DNA of 64,000 nt from Verrucomicrobiaceae bacterium (GTDB lineage: Bacteria; Verrucomicrobiota; Verrucomicrobiia; Verrucomicrobiales; Verrucomicrobiaceae): the NCBI GenBank assembly GCA_019694165.1, contig JAIBCL010000031.1:7708-71707 (forward strand). The letters run 5' to 3'. Position 1 is the stretch's first letter. Every line of letters starts with the position of its first letter. This document shows positions 31,947-43,788 of the stretch, piece after piece. Made by a program: the position numbers and the translations under genes. The notes beneath the pieces were generated by a model. The model saw only the letters and a list, made by a program, of their open reading frames with translations, searched no databases and was not told where the DNA came from.

Positions 31947-32741
31947 TCACGCTCCGCAGCCGATCTCCAGCACGCGCTTCAGGCCTCTCTTGCCGAGCTG
32001 CCAGACGGAAGTGGCGGCACCTTCGTAGTATTTGGAGTGGACGATGATCTCCAGCTTGCCATCACCGTCGAGATCGAGGAGGCCGGTGACTTCGTAGCGG
32101 TTCGGCGCATTGAACTCCTTCGGGGTCGGATAGAATTCGCCTTCGACAAGGCTGGTATGCAGCTTGCCGCCGACGACGCGACGCAGGAGGACGAAAGAGT
32201 AGTTGCCCGCCGAGGCACTGGTCACCATGCCGCCTTGCTTGTCCGGGTAGTGCGTGGCGCTGAGCAGCACTTCGTCTTCGCCATCGCCTTCGAGATCGAC
32301 GCGGAGAATCTGGGTGATCTTCACGACGGGTCTTGCAATGCCCTGCGCGGCGAGGAAATCGGCGGCGGCTTTGATGTAAACGGGCTGCGAGGTATCCGTC
32401 TGCTTCGCCTTCCGCGGCGCGGGCTCCCATGGGGCTGACACGCCGATGAGCGGCTTGTCCGTTTCGGGTGTGATTTCGTGCATCCACACATCGGGGCAGA
32501 CATCAGGATCGGGCATCGCTTTGTCGGCCGTGATCGTACCCGCCTCGCCGCTGAGGCCGAAGAGTCGATACCGCACGCCGGTCTTCAGAGATTTGCCTGC
32601 CGCCTCGCTGTTCAGCCAGCCCGTCTTCGAATGTCCGCCGATGATGAAGCCTTCGGGCAGTTCGACGAACGATGCGAGATCGGCAGTGCGAGCTGTGGCC
32701 GTCGCGAGGCAGAGAAGGCAGATGAGCGGGAGCAGTTTCAT
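31947..32741 (-). CDS. Secreted hypothetical protein with FG-GAP/VCBS-like DxDGDG motifs
   Basis: Signal peptide MKLLPLICLLCLATATA. Two copies of a motif like DLEGDGEDEVLL and LDLDGDGKLEIIV, typical of FG-GAP Ca-binding beta-propeller blades. It converges on the ABC gene with a 14-nt gap. Confidence 0.6.
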   Translation of the reverse strand: MKLLPLICLLCLATATARTADLASFVELPEGFIIGGHSKTGWLNSEAAGKSLKTGVRYRLFGLSGEAGTITADKAMPDPDVCPDVWMHEITPETDKPLIGVSAPWEPAPRKAKQTDTSQPVYIKAAADFLAAQGIARPVVKITQILRVDLEGDGEDEVLLSATHYPDKQGGMVTSASAGNYSFVLLRRVVGGKLHTSLVEGEFYPTPKEFNAPNRYEVTGLLDLDGDGKLEIIVHSKYYEGAATSVWQLGKRGLKRVLEIGCGA

Positions 32742-32777
32742 GGCGGCCGCGAGAGGCGATTCTCTCTTTTGTCGCTT

Positions 32778-33341
32778 CTACCTTCCGTCCTCCGCCCACT
32801 CTTCCTGAAGGCGCGCGAGCTTGCGCTTCAGGCCGACTTTGGCGGCGGCGGACATGCGGTCGATGAACAGGATGCCGTTGAGGTGATCGATCTCGTGCTG
32901 GAGCGCGCGGGCCAGCAGGCCGTCGGTCTCGATGGTCTTGGTCTCGCCATCGAGCGTCTGATACGTGACCTTCACCTCCGTGGAGCGGCGGATTTGCGAG
33001 CGCAAGTCCGGGAAACTGAGGCAGCCTTCCTCGCCGTTTTCCTTCGCCTTGCCGAGTTCGATCTTCGGATTGAGGAAGACGAGCGGCATGGACTTGAGCA
33101 GGTCGGCGTCCTGCCCGTCGATGCGGAGGTAGGAGACACACTGCGGATTGTGCGACACGTCGATCACGGCGAGCTGCTGGTCCACGGCCACCTGTGGAGC
33201 GGCGAGACCCACGCCATTGGCGGCGCGCATGGTTTCGAGCATGTCCTCGGCGAGCTGGCGATGCTCGGCGGTGACGGTGGTGATGGGACGGCACTTCGCG
33301 CGCAGGACGGGTTCTGGATAGAGGACGATTTTGCGGACCAT
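32778..33341 (-). CDS. def: Peptide deformylase
   Basis: All three PDF motifs are present: GVGLAAPQV (motif 1), EGCLSFP (motif 2), QHEIDHLNG (motif 3). 187 aa. Confidence 0.93.
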   Translation of the reverse strand: MVRKIVLYPEPVLRAKCRPITTVTAEHRQLAEDMLETMRAANGVGLAAPQVAVDQQLAVIDVSHNPQCVSYLRIDGQDADLLKSMPLVFLNPKIELGKAKENGEEGCLSFPDLRSQIRRSTEVKVTYQTLDGETKTIETDGLLARALQHEIDHLNGILFIDRMSAAAKVGLKRKLARLQEEWAEDGR

Positions 33342-33663
33342 GGAATCGGCGGCGGCTCATGGGCCGCGTGCGCATTGATACCCGGGGATCAAGCGTCGGC
33401 CAAGGGAAGAATGGCATGTTGCGTTGCCCGGGGGCGGACCGTGCGCCGGACGGGATCCGTGATGCCGGTGCCGGCGCAGGAATCGGGGCAGCAGGGCCGC
33501 CAAGTTCGCTCGGCCATGCCCGGCATCGCAGCGGTCCGGGAGGCCATCCGTCAGTCTTCGTGCTTCGCTTTCATCCACTCTGGCAAATGGCGTTCAATTT
33601 CCCGCCGGCCTCGCCCCTTGCACTTGGCGGAGATGATGCCAAGAATGGCGCTCCCCCCAAGAA

Positions 33664-35598
33664 ATGAGCGACCCCATCAAACACGAGTGCGGCATTGCGG
33701 TGGTGCGCTTGCGGAAGCCGCTGGCCTACTACCATGACAAGTACGGCTCCGCGCTCTGGGGTTACCAAAAGCTCTACATGCTCATGATGAAGGAGCGGAA
33801 CCGCGGCCAGGACGGAGAGGGCATCGGCTGCTGCAAGCTGCACATGCCGCTGGGCACGCCTTACCTCTTCCGTGAGCGCTCGGTGAAGCGCGAGTCGCTG
33901 GAGGAGATTTTCCTCGACACAAAGAAGGACTTCGACCGCCTCTGCAAGAAGCACGACCTCGATGCGGACGATCCCGAGGTCATCAAACAGCACTTCGATT
34001 TTGGCGGCGAGGTGCTTGTGGGGCATCTGCGCTACGGCACCTCGGGATCCTTCGGCAAGGCTTCCTGCCATCCCTATGTCCGCAGGAGCAACTGGCCGAC
34101 GAAGAGCCTCATGGTCATGGGCAATTTCAACATGACCAACACCAACGAACTGCACCGCCACATGATCGAGCGCGGCCAGCATCCGGTGTACGACACGGAC
34201 ACCCAGACCGTGCTGGAGGAGATCGGCTTCCATCTCGATGAAATGCACGACGAGCTTTTCCACGAGCTGCGCGACGAGGAGGTGCCCGGCCCTGAGATTC
34301 CCAAGCACATCAGCAGGCGCCTCGATGTGACGGAACTGATCAAGCGCTCCTCCACGATCTGGGACGGCGGTTACGCCATCGTCGGCGTGATCGGCAATGG
34401 CGATCTCTTCGTGATGCGCGATCCGAACGGCATCCGCCCTTGCTTCTACTATGCCGATGACGAGGTCATCGTCTTCGCCTCCGAGAAGCCGGCCATCCGC
34501 ACTGTCTTCGACGCCGGCGAGGACGATGTGAAGGAACTCCCGCGCGCCAGCGTGGCCAGCATCAAGGCGGACGACGGAGGCCGCTTCATCGTGAAGCCCT
34601 TCACCGGAAAGAGGGAGTACCATCCCTGCTCCTTCGAGCGCATTTATTTCTCCCGCGGCAATGACGCCACGATCTACGGTCAGCGGAAGCAGCTCGGCGA
34701 AGTGCTGGTCCCGCATGTGATCGATGCCATTGAAAACGATCTCGAGCACACTGTCGTCAGCTTCATCCCGAACACCGCGGAGACCGCCTACCACGGCTTC
34801 ATGGACGGTCTGCGCAAGCGCCGCCGCACCGAGGTGCGCCGCGCCCTCAAGGAGATGTGGGAGAGCGGACGCCTCGACGAGGGGCAGCTCGACGGCCTCA
34901 TCATGCGGAACTGGCCGCGCGCCGAGAAGATCGCGCACAAGGACATCAAGATGCGCACCTTCATCTCTCAGGAGACCAGCCGCGACTCGATGGCGGCGAT
35001 GGTGTACGACATCACCTACGGCGTCGTCACGCCCGAGGACAATCTCGTCGTCATCGACGACTCCATCGTCCGCGGAACCACGCTGCGCACCTCGTTGCTC
35101 CGCATCCTCGCGCGCACGAATCCGAAGCGCATCATCATCGTGTCCACGGCGCCGCAGATCCGTTACCCGGACTGCTACGGCATCGACATGGCGGAGATCG
35201 GCAAGTTCATCGCCTTCGATGCCGCCGTGAAGCTCTTGAAGGAGCGCGGGCTGTCCTCCGTGATGGATGCCACCTACAGGGCGGCGCTCGCCGAACTGAG
35301 GAAGAATCCCAAGGACATGCGCAATGCGGTGAAGGACATTTACGCGCCTTTCACCGACGCCGACATCTCGGACAAGATCGTCGAAATCGTCAATCCCAAG
35401 TCGCTGAGTTGGAGCGGGGAAGTGAAGATCATCTTCCAAACCATCGGTGGCCTCCACGAGGCCATCGGCTCCGAGTGCGGGGACTGGTATTTCAGCGGCG
35501 ACTACCCGACTCCCGGCGGCTACGAGATGGTGAACCGCGCCTTTGTGCAGTTCTACGAAGGCAAGGGTGGCCGTGCGTATGGGGAGACGTTGTTCTGA
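33664..35598 (+). CDS. purF: Amidophosphoribosyltransferase, long form (class-II glutamine amidotransferase + PRTase)
   Basis: N-terminal nucleophile Cys in MSDPIKHECGIAVV after a short propeptide, giving an Ntn class-II GATase. The type-I PRTase PRPP-binding motif VVIDDSIVRGTTL (35049-35082) rules out glmS or asnB. 644 aa, matching the long purF forms seen in Bacteroidota/PVC lineages. Confidence 0.8.
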   Translation: MSDPIKHECGIAVVRLRKPLAYYHDKYGSALWGYQKLYMLMMKERNRGQDGEGIGCCKLHMPLGTPYLFRERSVKRESLEEIFLDTKKDFDRLCKKHDLDADDPEVIKQHFDFGGEVLVGHLRYGTSGSFGKASCHPYVRRSNWPTKSLMVMGNFNMTNTNELHRHMIERGQHPVYDTDTQTVLEEIGFHLDEMHDELFHELRDEEVPGPEIPKHISRRLDVTELIKRSSTIWDGGYAIVGVIGNGDLFVMRDPNGIRPCFYYADDEVIVFASEKPAIRTVFDAGEDDVKELPRASVASIKADDGGRFIVKPFTGKREYHPCSFERIYFSRGNDATIYGQRKQLGEVLVPHVIDAIENDLEHTVVSFIPNTAETAYHGFMDGLRKRRRTEVRRALKEMWESGRLDEGQLDGLIMRNWPRAEKIAHKDIKMRTFISQETSRDSMAAMVYDITYGVVTPEDNLVVIDDSIVRGTTLRTSLLRILARTNPKRIIIVSTAPQIRYPDCYGIDMAEIGKFIAFDAAVKLLKERGLSSVMDATYRAALAELRKNPKDMRNAVKDIYAPFTDADISDKIVEIVNPKSLSWSGEVKIIFQTIGGLHEAIGSECGDWYFSGDYPTPGGYEMVNRAFVQFYEGKGGRAYGETLF

Positions 35599-35775
35599 TC
35601 CGCCGCAGTTTGCCGGGTGTCGATGGCCGGCGGCAATTGCTTTTCCGTGGAGACATCCCGCAGACGTTCGCTCTGGCAGATGTGCAGACCGGGATTCGGT
35701 GGATCAAACGATGCAACTTGCCGGGAAGTGGTGTGCCACGAAGCGATGTGGCCTGACCGGCCTGGTCGGCAAGTT

Positions 35776-35797
35776 CAGCGAGCGGCCCCGCTCGCTG
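35776..35797. terminator. Perfect 8-bp hairpin between the convergent purF and gyrA 3' ends. Possible bidirectional terminator element; no U-tract.
   Basis: CAGCGAGC-GGCCCC-GCTCGCTG (35776-35797). Confidence 0.2.
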
Positions 35798-35854
35798 AAG
35801 GGAACTCCGCCGGGCGAGGCCGCCCGTCGAACGGTCACGACCCGGCGGATCGGA

Positions 35855-38449
35855 CTACTCAGCTTCGCCGCCCTCGGCTGCTTTCTCCTCCTCATCCGCT
35901 ATCACGGTGGCGACGTCCTGGATGATCTCGCCTTCCTTGAGGTTCATCAGGCGCACGCCTTGGGCGTTGCGGCCGGTTTCGCGGATGCCTTTCTCGCCAC
36001 CGACTCGAATGCGCACGCTCTGGCCCTTGTTCGTCATGAGCATGAGCTCGTCTTCGTCATGCGCCGCCAGCGCGGCGACGACCTTGCCGGTCTTTTCGGT
36101 GACGTTCATCGTGGTCACGCCTTTGCCGCCGCGGTTGATGAGGCGGTATTCGTCGAAGGGGGTGCGTTTGCCGAGGCCGTTCTCGGAGACGACGAGCAGC
36201 ATGGTGCCGGGCTCGTTGGTGACGCAGCTCACAAGGAAGTCGCCCGCCTCCAGCGACACGCCGCGCACGCCGGCCGTGTTGCGGCCGATGGGGCGGAGGT
36301 TCGGCGAGGCGGGATCGTCGCCGGTCTCGTGGAAGCGCACGCACATGCCTTCGTGCGTGACGAGGCATACCTCCTTGTTGCCGTCGGTGAGCACGACATC
36401 GACGAGGTCGTTGCCCGCGTCGATCTTGATCGCGATGATGCCGCCCTTGCGGTAGTTCTTGAACTCCTCGAGAGCGGTCTTCTTGATCGTGCCGTCCTTG
36501 GTGGCGAACAGCACGAACTTGTCCGGCGCCCACATGGCCTCGTCCTCGGCACCGAGCGCCTCGAGGCGGAGCACGGCGGCGATTTTCTCCTCGGGGCGCA
36601 GGTCGAGCAGGTTCTTGATGCTGCGGCCCTTGCCGGTGCGCGGCGCTTCGGGGAAGGCGTGGACGCGCTCGACGAACATGCGGCCGGTGTTCGTGAAGAA
36701 GAGCAGGAAGTCGTGCAGATGCGCGCTGAAGAGATGCTCGACAAAATCGGCCTTCTCGTCCTCGGTCATCGCCTCGCGCGTTTCCATGCCTTTCAATCCT
36801 TTGCCGCCGCGTCCCTGGAGCTTGAACTCGGCGGTGGGCGTGCGCTTGATGCTGCCGAGGTGTGTCATCGTGACGATGGCAGGATCGTTTGGAATGAGGT
36901 CGATGTTTTCGATCTCGCCCTCGACCGTCTCGATGCGCGTGAGGCGCTCCGTGGCGTGCTTCGCTTTGATGGCTTGCAGCTCGTCCTTGATGATGCCGAG
37001 CACGCGTACCTCTCGCGCGAGGATGTCGAGCAGGTCTTTGATGGTATCGAGAACCTCGTCGTAGTCGGCCTTCACCTTGTCGCGCTCCATGCCGGTGAGC
37101 TGGTAGAGGCGCAGTTCGAGGATGTCATCGACCTGTTTGTCAGTGAAGACGTAGCGGTCGCCCTGCACGCTGGGCTGGCTGCGAATGAGAATGCCGAGCT
37201 GCTCCGCCGTTGCGGTCGAAAACTGGTAAGCCTTCAATCCCGCGCGTGCTTCCTCGCGGTTGCGGCTGTCGCGAATGATCTTGATGAAGTCGTCGAGGCG
37301 GCCGAGTGCGAGCAGGTAGGCTTCGAGTTTCTCCGCCCGCTCCTCGGCCTTGCCGAGCAGGAATTTCGTGCGGCGCACGATGACCTCGCGGCGGTGCTCG
37401 ATGTAGCAGGCGATCGCGTCCTTCATGCTGAACACACGAGGCCTTGCGCCGTCGATGGCGAGCATGTGCACGCTGAAGCTCGTCTCCAGCTCGGTGTGCT
37501 TGTAGAGATTGTTCAGCACCACCTGTGAGCGCGCGTCTTTTTTCAGATCGACCACGAGGCGTGAGTTCTCGTCTGATTCATTGCGCACGCCACTGATCTC
37601 GGGGATCACCTTTTCCGTCGCGAGCGCCGCGATGCGCTTTTCCAGCTCGGCGCGGTTCACATTGAAGGGAATCTCCGTGATCACGATCTGCTCGCGACTG
37701 CCGTTCTCGACGATCTCCGCGTGTCCGCGGATGCGGATGCTGCCGTGGCCCGTCTCCATGTATTCGCGGATGCCCGCGGTGCCCATGATGGTGCAGCCCG
37801 TCGGAAAATCCGGACCTTTGATGTGGCCCATCAACTCGCCAGTGGTGATGGCCGGATTGTCGATCTGCGCGCACACGCCGTCGATCACCTCGCCGAGATT
37901 GTGCGGCGGCATGTTTGTGGCCATGCCAACGGCGATGCCTGTGCCGCCATTGACGATCAGGTTCGGAAACGCTGCCGGAAACACCGTCGGCTCCGTGAGT
38001 CGCTCGTCGTAGTTCGGGACGAAATCGACCGTGTCCTTGTCCATGTCCTGCATCAGCGCGCCGCCGAGATGCGTCATGCGTGCTTCGGTGTAGCGCATGG
38101 CCGCCGGAGGATCGCCTTCCACGCTGCCGAAGTTCCCCTGCGGATCGATCAAGGTCTCCCGCATCGCCCACTCCTGCCCCATGTGAACGAGCGTCGGATA
38201 AATGACCGCTTCGCCATGCGGGTGATAGTTACCCGACGTGTCGCCTGCGATCTTCGCGCACTTCACGTGCTTCTTTGGCGGATACAGCGACAGCTCGTGC
38301 ATCGCATAAAGAATGCGGCGCTGACTCGGCTTCAGTCCGTCCCGCACATCCGGCAGCGCGCGCGAGATGATGACAGACATCGAGTAGTCGAGGAATGAAT
38401 TCTTAACCTCGTCAGCGACAGAGATGGGCTTGGTGTTGGGGTCTTGCAT
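35855..38449 (-). CDS. gyrA: DNA gyrase subunit A
   Basis: N-terminus ...SVIISRALPDVRDGLKPSQRRILYAMHEL... matches the GyrA N-terminal/QRDR region. Acidic C-terminal tail ADEEEKAAEGGEAE. 864 aa. Sits immediately downstream of gyrB. Confidence 0.97.
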   Translation of the reverse strand: MQDPNTKPISVADEVKNSFLDYSMSVIISRALPDVRDGLKPSQRRILYAMHELSLYPPKKHVKCAKIAGDTSGNYHPHGEAVIYPTLVHMGQEWAMRETLIDPQGNFGSVEGDPPAAMRYTEARMTHLGGALMQDMDKDTVDFVPNYDERLTEPTVFPAAFPNLIVNGGTGIAVGMATNMPPHNLGEVIDGVCAQIDNPAITTGELMGHIKGPDFPTGCTIMGTAGIREYMETGHGSIRIRGHAEIVENGSREQIVITEIPFNVNRAELEKRIAALATEKVIPEISGVRNESDENSRLVVDLKKDARSQVVLNNLYKHTELETSFSVHMLAIDGARPRVFSMKDAIACYIEHRREVIVRRTKFLLGKAEERAEKLEAYLLALGRLDDFIKIIRDSRNREEARAGLKAYQFSTATAEQLGILIRSQPSVQGDRYVFTDKQVDDILELRLYQLTGMERDKVKADYDEVLDTIKDLLDILAREVRVLGIIKDELQAIKAKHATERLTRIETVEGEIENIDLIPNDPAIVTMTHLGSIKRTPTAEFKLQGRGGKGLKGMETREAMTEDEKADFVEHLFSAHLHDFLLFFTNTGRMFVERVHAFPEAPRTGKGRSIKNLLDLRPEEKIAAVLRLEALGAEDEAMWAPDKFVLFATKDGTIKKTALEEFKNYRKGGIIAIKIDAGNDLVDVVLTDGNKEVCLVTHEGMCVRFHETGDDPASPNLRPIGRNTAGVRGVSLEAGDFLVSCVTNEPGTMLLVVSENGLGKRTPFDEYRLINRGGKGVTTMNVTEKTGKVVAALAAHDEDELMLMTNKGQSVRIRVGGEKGIRETGRNAQGVRLMNLKEGEIIQDVATVIADEEEKAAEGGEAE

Positions 38450-38498
38450 CAGCTGGGACAGAAAGTGATTGGACTGGTTTGCTCAGATGATGGGAAGA

Positions 38499-41225
<2,727 letters not shown>

Positions 41226-41321
41226 TCATGAGATTGTGTGGTCTGGAGTTTTCGCCTTCACTTGTTGAAGGTCTGGATTTGTCGTTGCCTTGATGATGTG
41301 CCTTCGGGTAAAAGGGAAGGC

Positions 41322-43217
41322 ATGAACTCAATGCTCCCGATATTGGCCGTTGACCCGGATGTGGTGAAGCTGCTGGGCCCTTACTCGACGTGGATCGTCA
41401 TGCTCGTGTGCATCGGACTGGCACTGGTGTTTTTCCGGCCGCTGTTTCAACTCCTGGGCATCGTCATCGTGCCCGAGGACCGGATTGGGATGGTGACCAA
41501 GAAGTTCGTGCTCTTTGGTGCGAACAAGCAGATACCGGCGGGCCGCATCATTGCCACCAACGGTGAGGCGGGTTTTCAGGCGCAAACACTGGCACCTGGC
41601 ATCTATTTCTGGAAATGGATCTGGCAGTTCGAGATCCGGCTGCAGCCGTTCGTGGTCGTGCCTGACGGTGCGATCGGACTGGTGATGGCGAAGGATGGCT
41701 GCGAACTGCCGCCGGGGGCAGTGCTCGCCCGGCGCGTGGAGAGCGACATGTTTCAAAACGCCGAGGCTTTCCTGCGCAACGGCGGGCAAAAGGGGCGGCA
41801 GGCGGCTTATCTGACGCCGGGCACATATCGTGTGAACGCCTTTATCTTCGAGGTGACGCTGGCGAAAGTAACGCAAATCAAGGAGAACATGGTGGGCATC
41901 GTCACCACGCTGGACGGCGCGCCGCTGCCGGAGGGGCAGATTGCGGGCCGGATGATCGAGGGGCACAACAACTTTCAGGATGCCGATGCTTTCCTGGCCA
42001 AGGGCGGCAGCCGCGGCTTGCAGCCGCATGTCATCCTGGCCGGCTCGTACTTCCTGAACACATGGTTTGTACATGTGGAGGAAATTCCCATGACGGACGT
42101 GCCCATCGGCTACGTCGGCGTGGTGGTGAGCTACTACGGCGAGGAGGGAGAGGATGTGAGCGGCGTCGAGTTCAAGCACGGCAACATCGTGCGCAAGGGC
42201 TGCAAAGGCGTATGGGCGGAGCCGCTCGGGCCGGGCAAGTATCCGCTGAACACGTACATCCTGAACGTCGAATTCGTGCCGACTACAAATCTCGTGCTGA
42301 ACTGGGCGAACGCGCGCAGCGAGGCGCACCAGCTCGACAAGCATCTCTCCACCATCACCGTGCGCTCGAAGGACGGCTTCCCGTTCAATCTCGATGTCTC
42401 GCAGATCATCCACATCCCGATGACGGAGGCCAGCAAGGTCATCGCCCGCTTCGGCAACATGAACAACCTCGTCTCGCAGGTGCTCGAGCCGACGATCGGG
42501 AATTACTTCCGCAACAGCGCGCAGGACAGCGACGTGATCGCTTTCCTGAGCACGCGCAAGGAGCGGCAGGTCAGCGCACGCGACCACATCAACAGGGTGC
42601 TCGACCAGTACAACGTCAACGGTGTGGACACGCTTATCGGGGACATCTCGCCGCCCGAGTCGTTGATGAAGACGCTCACGGACCGCAAGCTGGCGGAGGA
42701 GCAGAAGGTGACCTATGACACCCAGCGCATGGCGCAGGAAACGCGGCAGGCGCTCGAAAAGCAAACCGCCATCGCCGACATGCAGAAGCAGATCGTCGAG
42801 GCGGACCAAGGCGTGGGCATCGCCGAGCGTATCGCCAACGCCGCAGTGAAGAAGGCCGAGGGCGATGCCGCAAGCGTGAAGCTCAACGCCGGCGCGGAAG
42901 CCGAGCGCACGAAGCTCGTCGCTGCGGCCGAGGCTCAACGCATCACAATGACCGGCAATGCCGAGGCGGAGAAGATTCTCGCCGTCGGCAAGGCGAATGC
43001 TGAAGCCTATGAATTGCAGGTCCGGGCCATGGGAGGGGACAATTTCACGCGCACCAAAATCGCGGAAACCATCGGGCGGGACAAGGTGAAGGTCATTCCC
43101 GACATCCTCATCACCGGCGCGAGCGGCGATGCCAGCAGCGGGCCGATCGCCAGCCTGCTTGGCTTGAAGCTGATGGAGGAGCTGGGTTCGCGGAAGCCTC
43201 CCCCCGAAGGCAAGTAG
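41322..43217 (+). CDS. SPFH/band-7 flotillin-like membrane protein (YqiK/FloT family)
   Basis: N-terminal TM helix (LGPYSTWIVMLVCIGLALVFF), SPFH-like core, then an Ala/Glu-rich coiled-coil flotillin tail (AEAERTKLVAAAEAQRITMTGNAEAEKILAVGKANAEAYELQVRAMGG). GGGAAGG lies 6-12 nt upstream of the ATG at 41322; the track ORF starts at 41238. Confidence 0.8.
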   Translation: MNSMLPILAVDPDVVKLLGPYSTWIVMLVCIGLALVFFRPLFQLLGIVIVPEDRIGMVTKKFVLFGANKQIPAGRIIATNGEAGFQAQTLAPGIYFWKWIWQFEIRLQPFVVVPDGAIGLVMAKDGCELPPGAVLARRVESDMFQNAEAFLRNGGQKGRQAAYLTPGTYRVNAFIFEVTLAKVTQIKENMVGIVTTLDGAPLPEGQIAGRMIEGHNNFQDADAFLAKGGSRGLQPHVILAGSYFLNTWFVHVEEIPMTDVPIGYVGVVVSYYGEEGEDVSGVEFKHGNIVRKGCKGVWAEPLGPGKYPLNTYILNVEFVPTTNLVLNWANARSEAHQLDKHLSTITVRSKDGFPFNLDVSQIIHIPMTEASKVIARFGNMNNLVSQVLEPTIGNYFRNSAQDSDVIAFLSTRKERQVSARDHINRVLDQYNVNGVDTLIGDISPPESLMKTLTDRKLAEEQKVTYDTQRMAQETRQALEKQTAIADMQKQIVEADQGVGIAERIANAAVKKAEGDAASVKLNAGAEAERTKLVAAAEAQRITMTGNAEAEKILAVGKANAEAYELQVRAMGGDNFTRTKIAETIGRDKVKVIPDILITGASGDASSGPIASLLGLKLMEELGSRKPPPEGK

Positions 43218-43236
43218 CTGGAGATGCCCGGGAGCT

Positions 43237-43647
43237 TCACGAACTGCGGTTTCTCATCGCTTCGGCGACCTGGGCGAAGAACGAGTTAACGACCGGTGAG
43301 GTGTCGGCGGGGATTTCGACCTCGTCCATTGCCTGCATCATCAGAGCCATCCACCGGTCCCGCTCAGCCCCGCCGATCGGGAACGGCATGTGCCGCGCTC
43401 TCAGCATCGGATGGCCCCGCTCCTGGAGGTAAACTGGCGGACCACCAAAACGGTACACGATGAAGTCCGCCAGCCGCTTCTCTGCTCCCTCCCAGTCTTC
43501 CGGTGGATAGAGCCTGCCAATGAGGTCGTCCTCGCGCACGCGGCGATAAAAGGCGGCGACCATCGAACGAAGCTTCGCCTCCCCGATGGTTTCACAAAGC
43601 TGGCCGATGGGGTCCATGGCGGTAGAAAGAGAGGCGGACTCAAGCAC
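43237..43647 (-). CDS. glbO: Group-II truncated hemoglobin (2/2 Hb, HbO type)
   Basis: Colinear with M. tuberculosis HbO: ...FYRRVREDDLIGRLYPPEDWEGAEKRLADFIVYRFGGPPVYLQERGHPMLRARHMPFPIGGAERDRWMALMMQAM... aligns with ...[59 protein letters not shown].... Likely true start is the second Met, MDPIG, at 43617. Confidence 0.85.
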   Translation of the reverse strand: MLESASLSTAMDPIGQLCETIGEAKLRSMVAAFYRRVREDDLIGRLYPPEDWEGAEKRLADFIVYRFGGPPVYLQERGHPMLRARHMPFPIGGAERDRWMALMMQAMDEVEIPADTSPVVNSFFAQVAEAMRNRSS

Positions 43648-43710
43648 TGGAACGCCGGATGATCCACATCTGTGGCCAAAGAAGATGAGTGCGGCTGGGT
43701 GGTAAGTTGT

Positions 43711-43760
43711 TAATTGCCATAAATAATATTTGCTATCATATTATCAATAGATTAAACTGC
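43711..43760. promoter_or_regulatory. AT-rich (~25% GC) island with a perfect inverted repeat ATAATAT-N8-ATATTAT (43723..43744) in the glbO / coiled-coil-gene divergent promoter region
   Basis: TAATTGCCATAAATAATATTTGCTATCATATTATCAATAGATTAAACTGC stands out against the ~63% GC surroundings. Dyad symmetry is typical of a dimeric transcription-factor operator, and -10-like TATCAT / TATTAT hexamers are embedded. Confidence 0.4.
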
Positions 43761-43788
43761 TTGAAATCCCCATCAACCACCCCGTGCC

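Noticed and set aside
29915-32000. Giant proteins + ABC transporter as a type I secretion system
   Set aside because: There is no membrane-fusion protein or TolC-like gene nearby. The substrates have N-terminal Sec signals and PEP-CTERM anchors rather than C-terminal T1SS/RTX signals. The ABC lacks an N-terminal C39 peptidase domain.
33342-33663. ZTP/purine riboswitch upstream of purF
   Set aside because: I could not find the conserved ZTP (UGACUGGCG...CCGCCUGGGCA) or purine-riboswitch cores by eye. Kept only as a low-interest note.
35543-37528. 661-aa ORF on + strand antisense to gyrA, and similar long antisense or alternate-frame ORFs (38469-39833, 41328-42938, 33571-35457, 29911-31164, 32478-33737, 23795-25972, 26036-27826, and others)
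   Set aside because: They overlap well-supported genes (gyrA, gyrB, flotillin, purF, ABC, def, giant genes). Their products are Arg/Ala/Gly/His-rich low-complexity strings, typical of stop-codon-poor alternate frames in ~63% GC DNA. No recognisable motifs.
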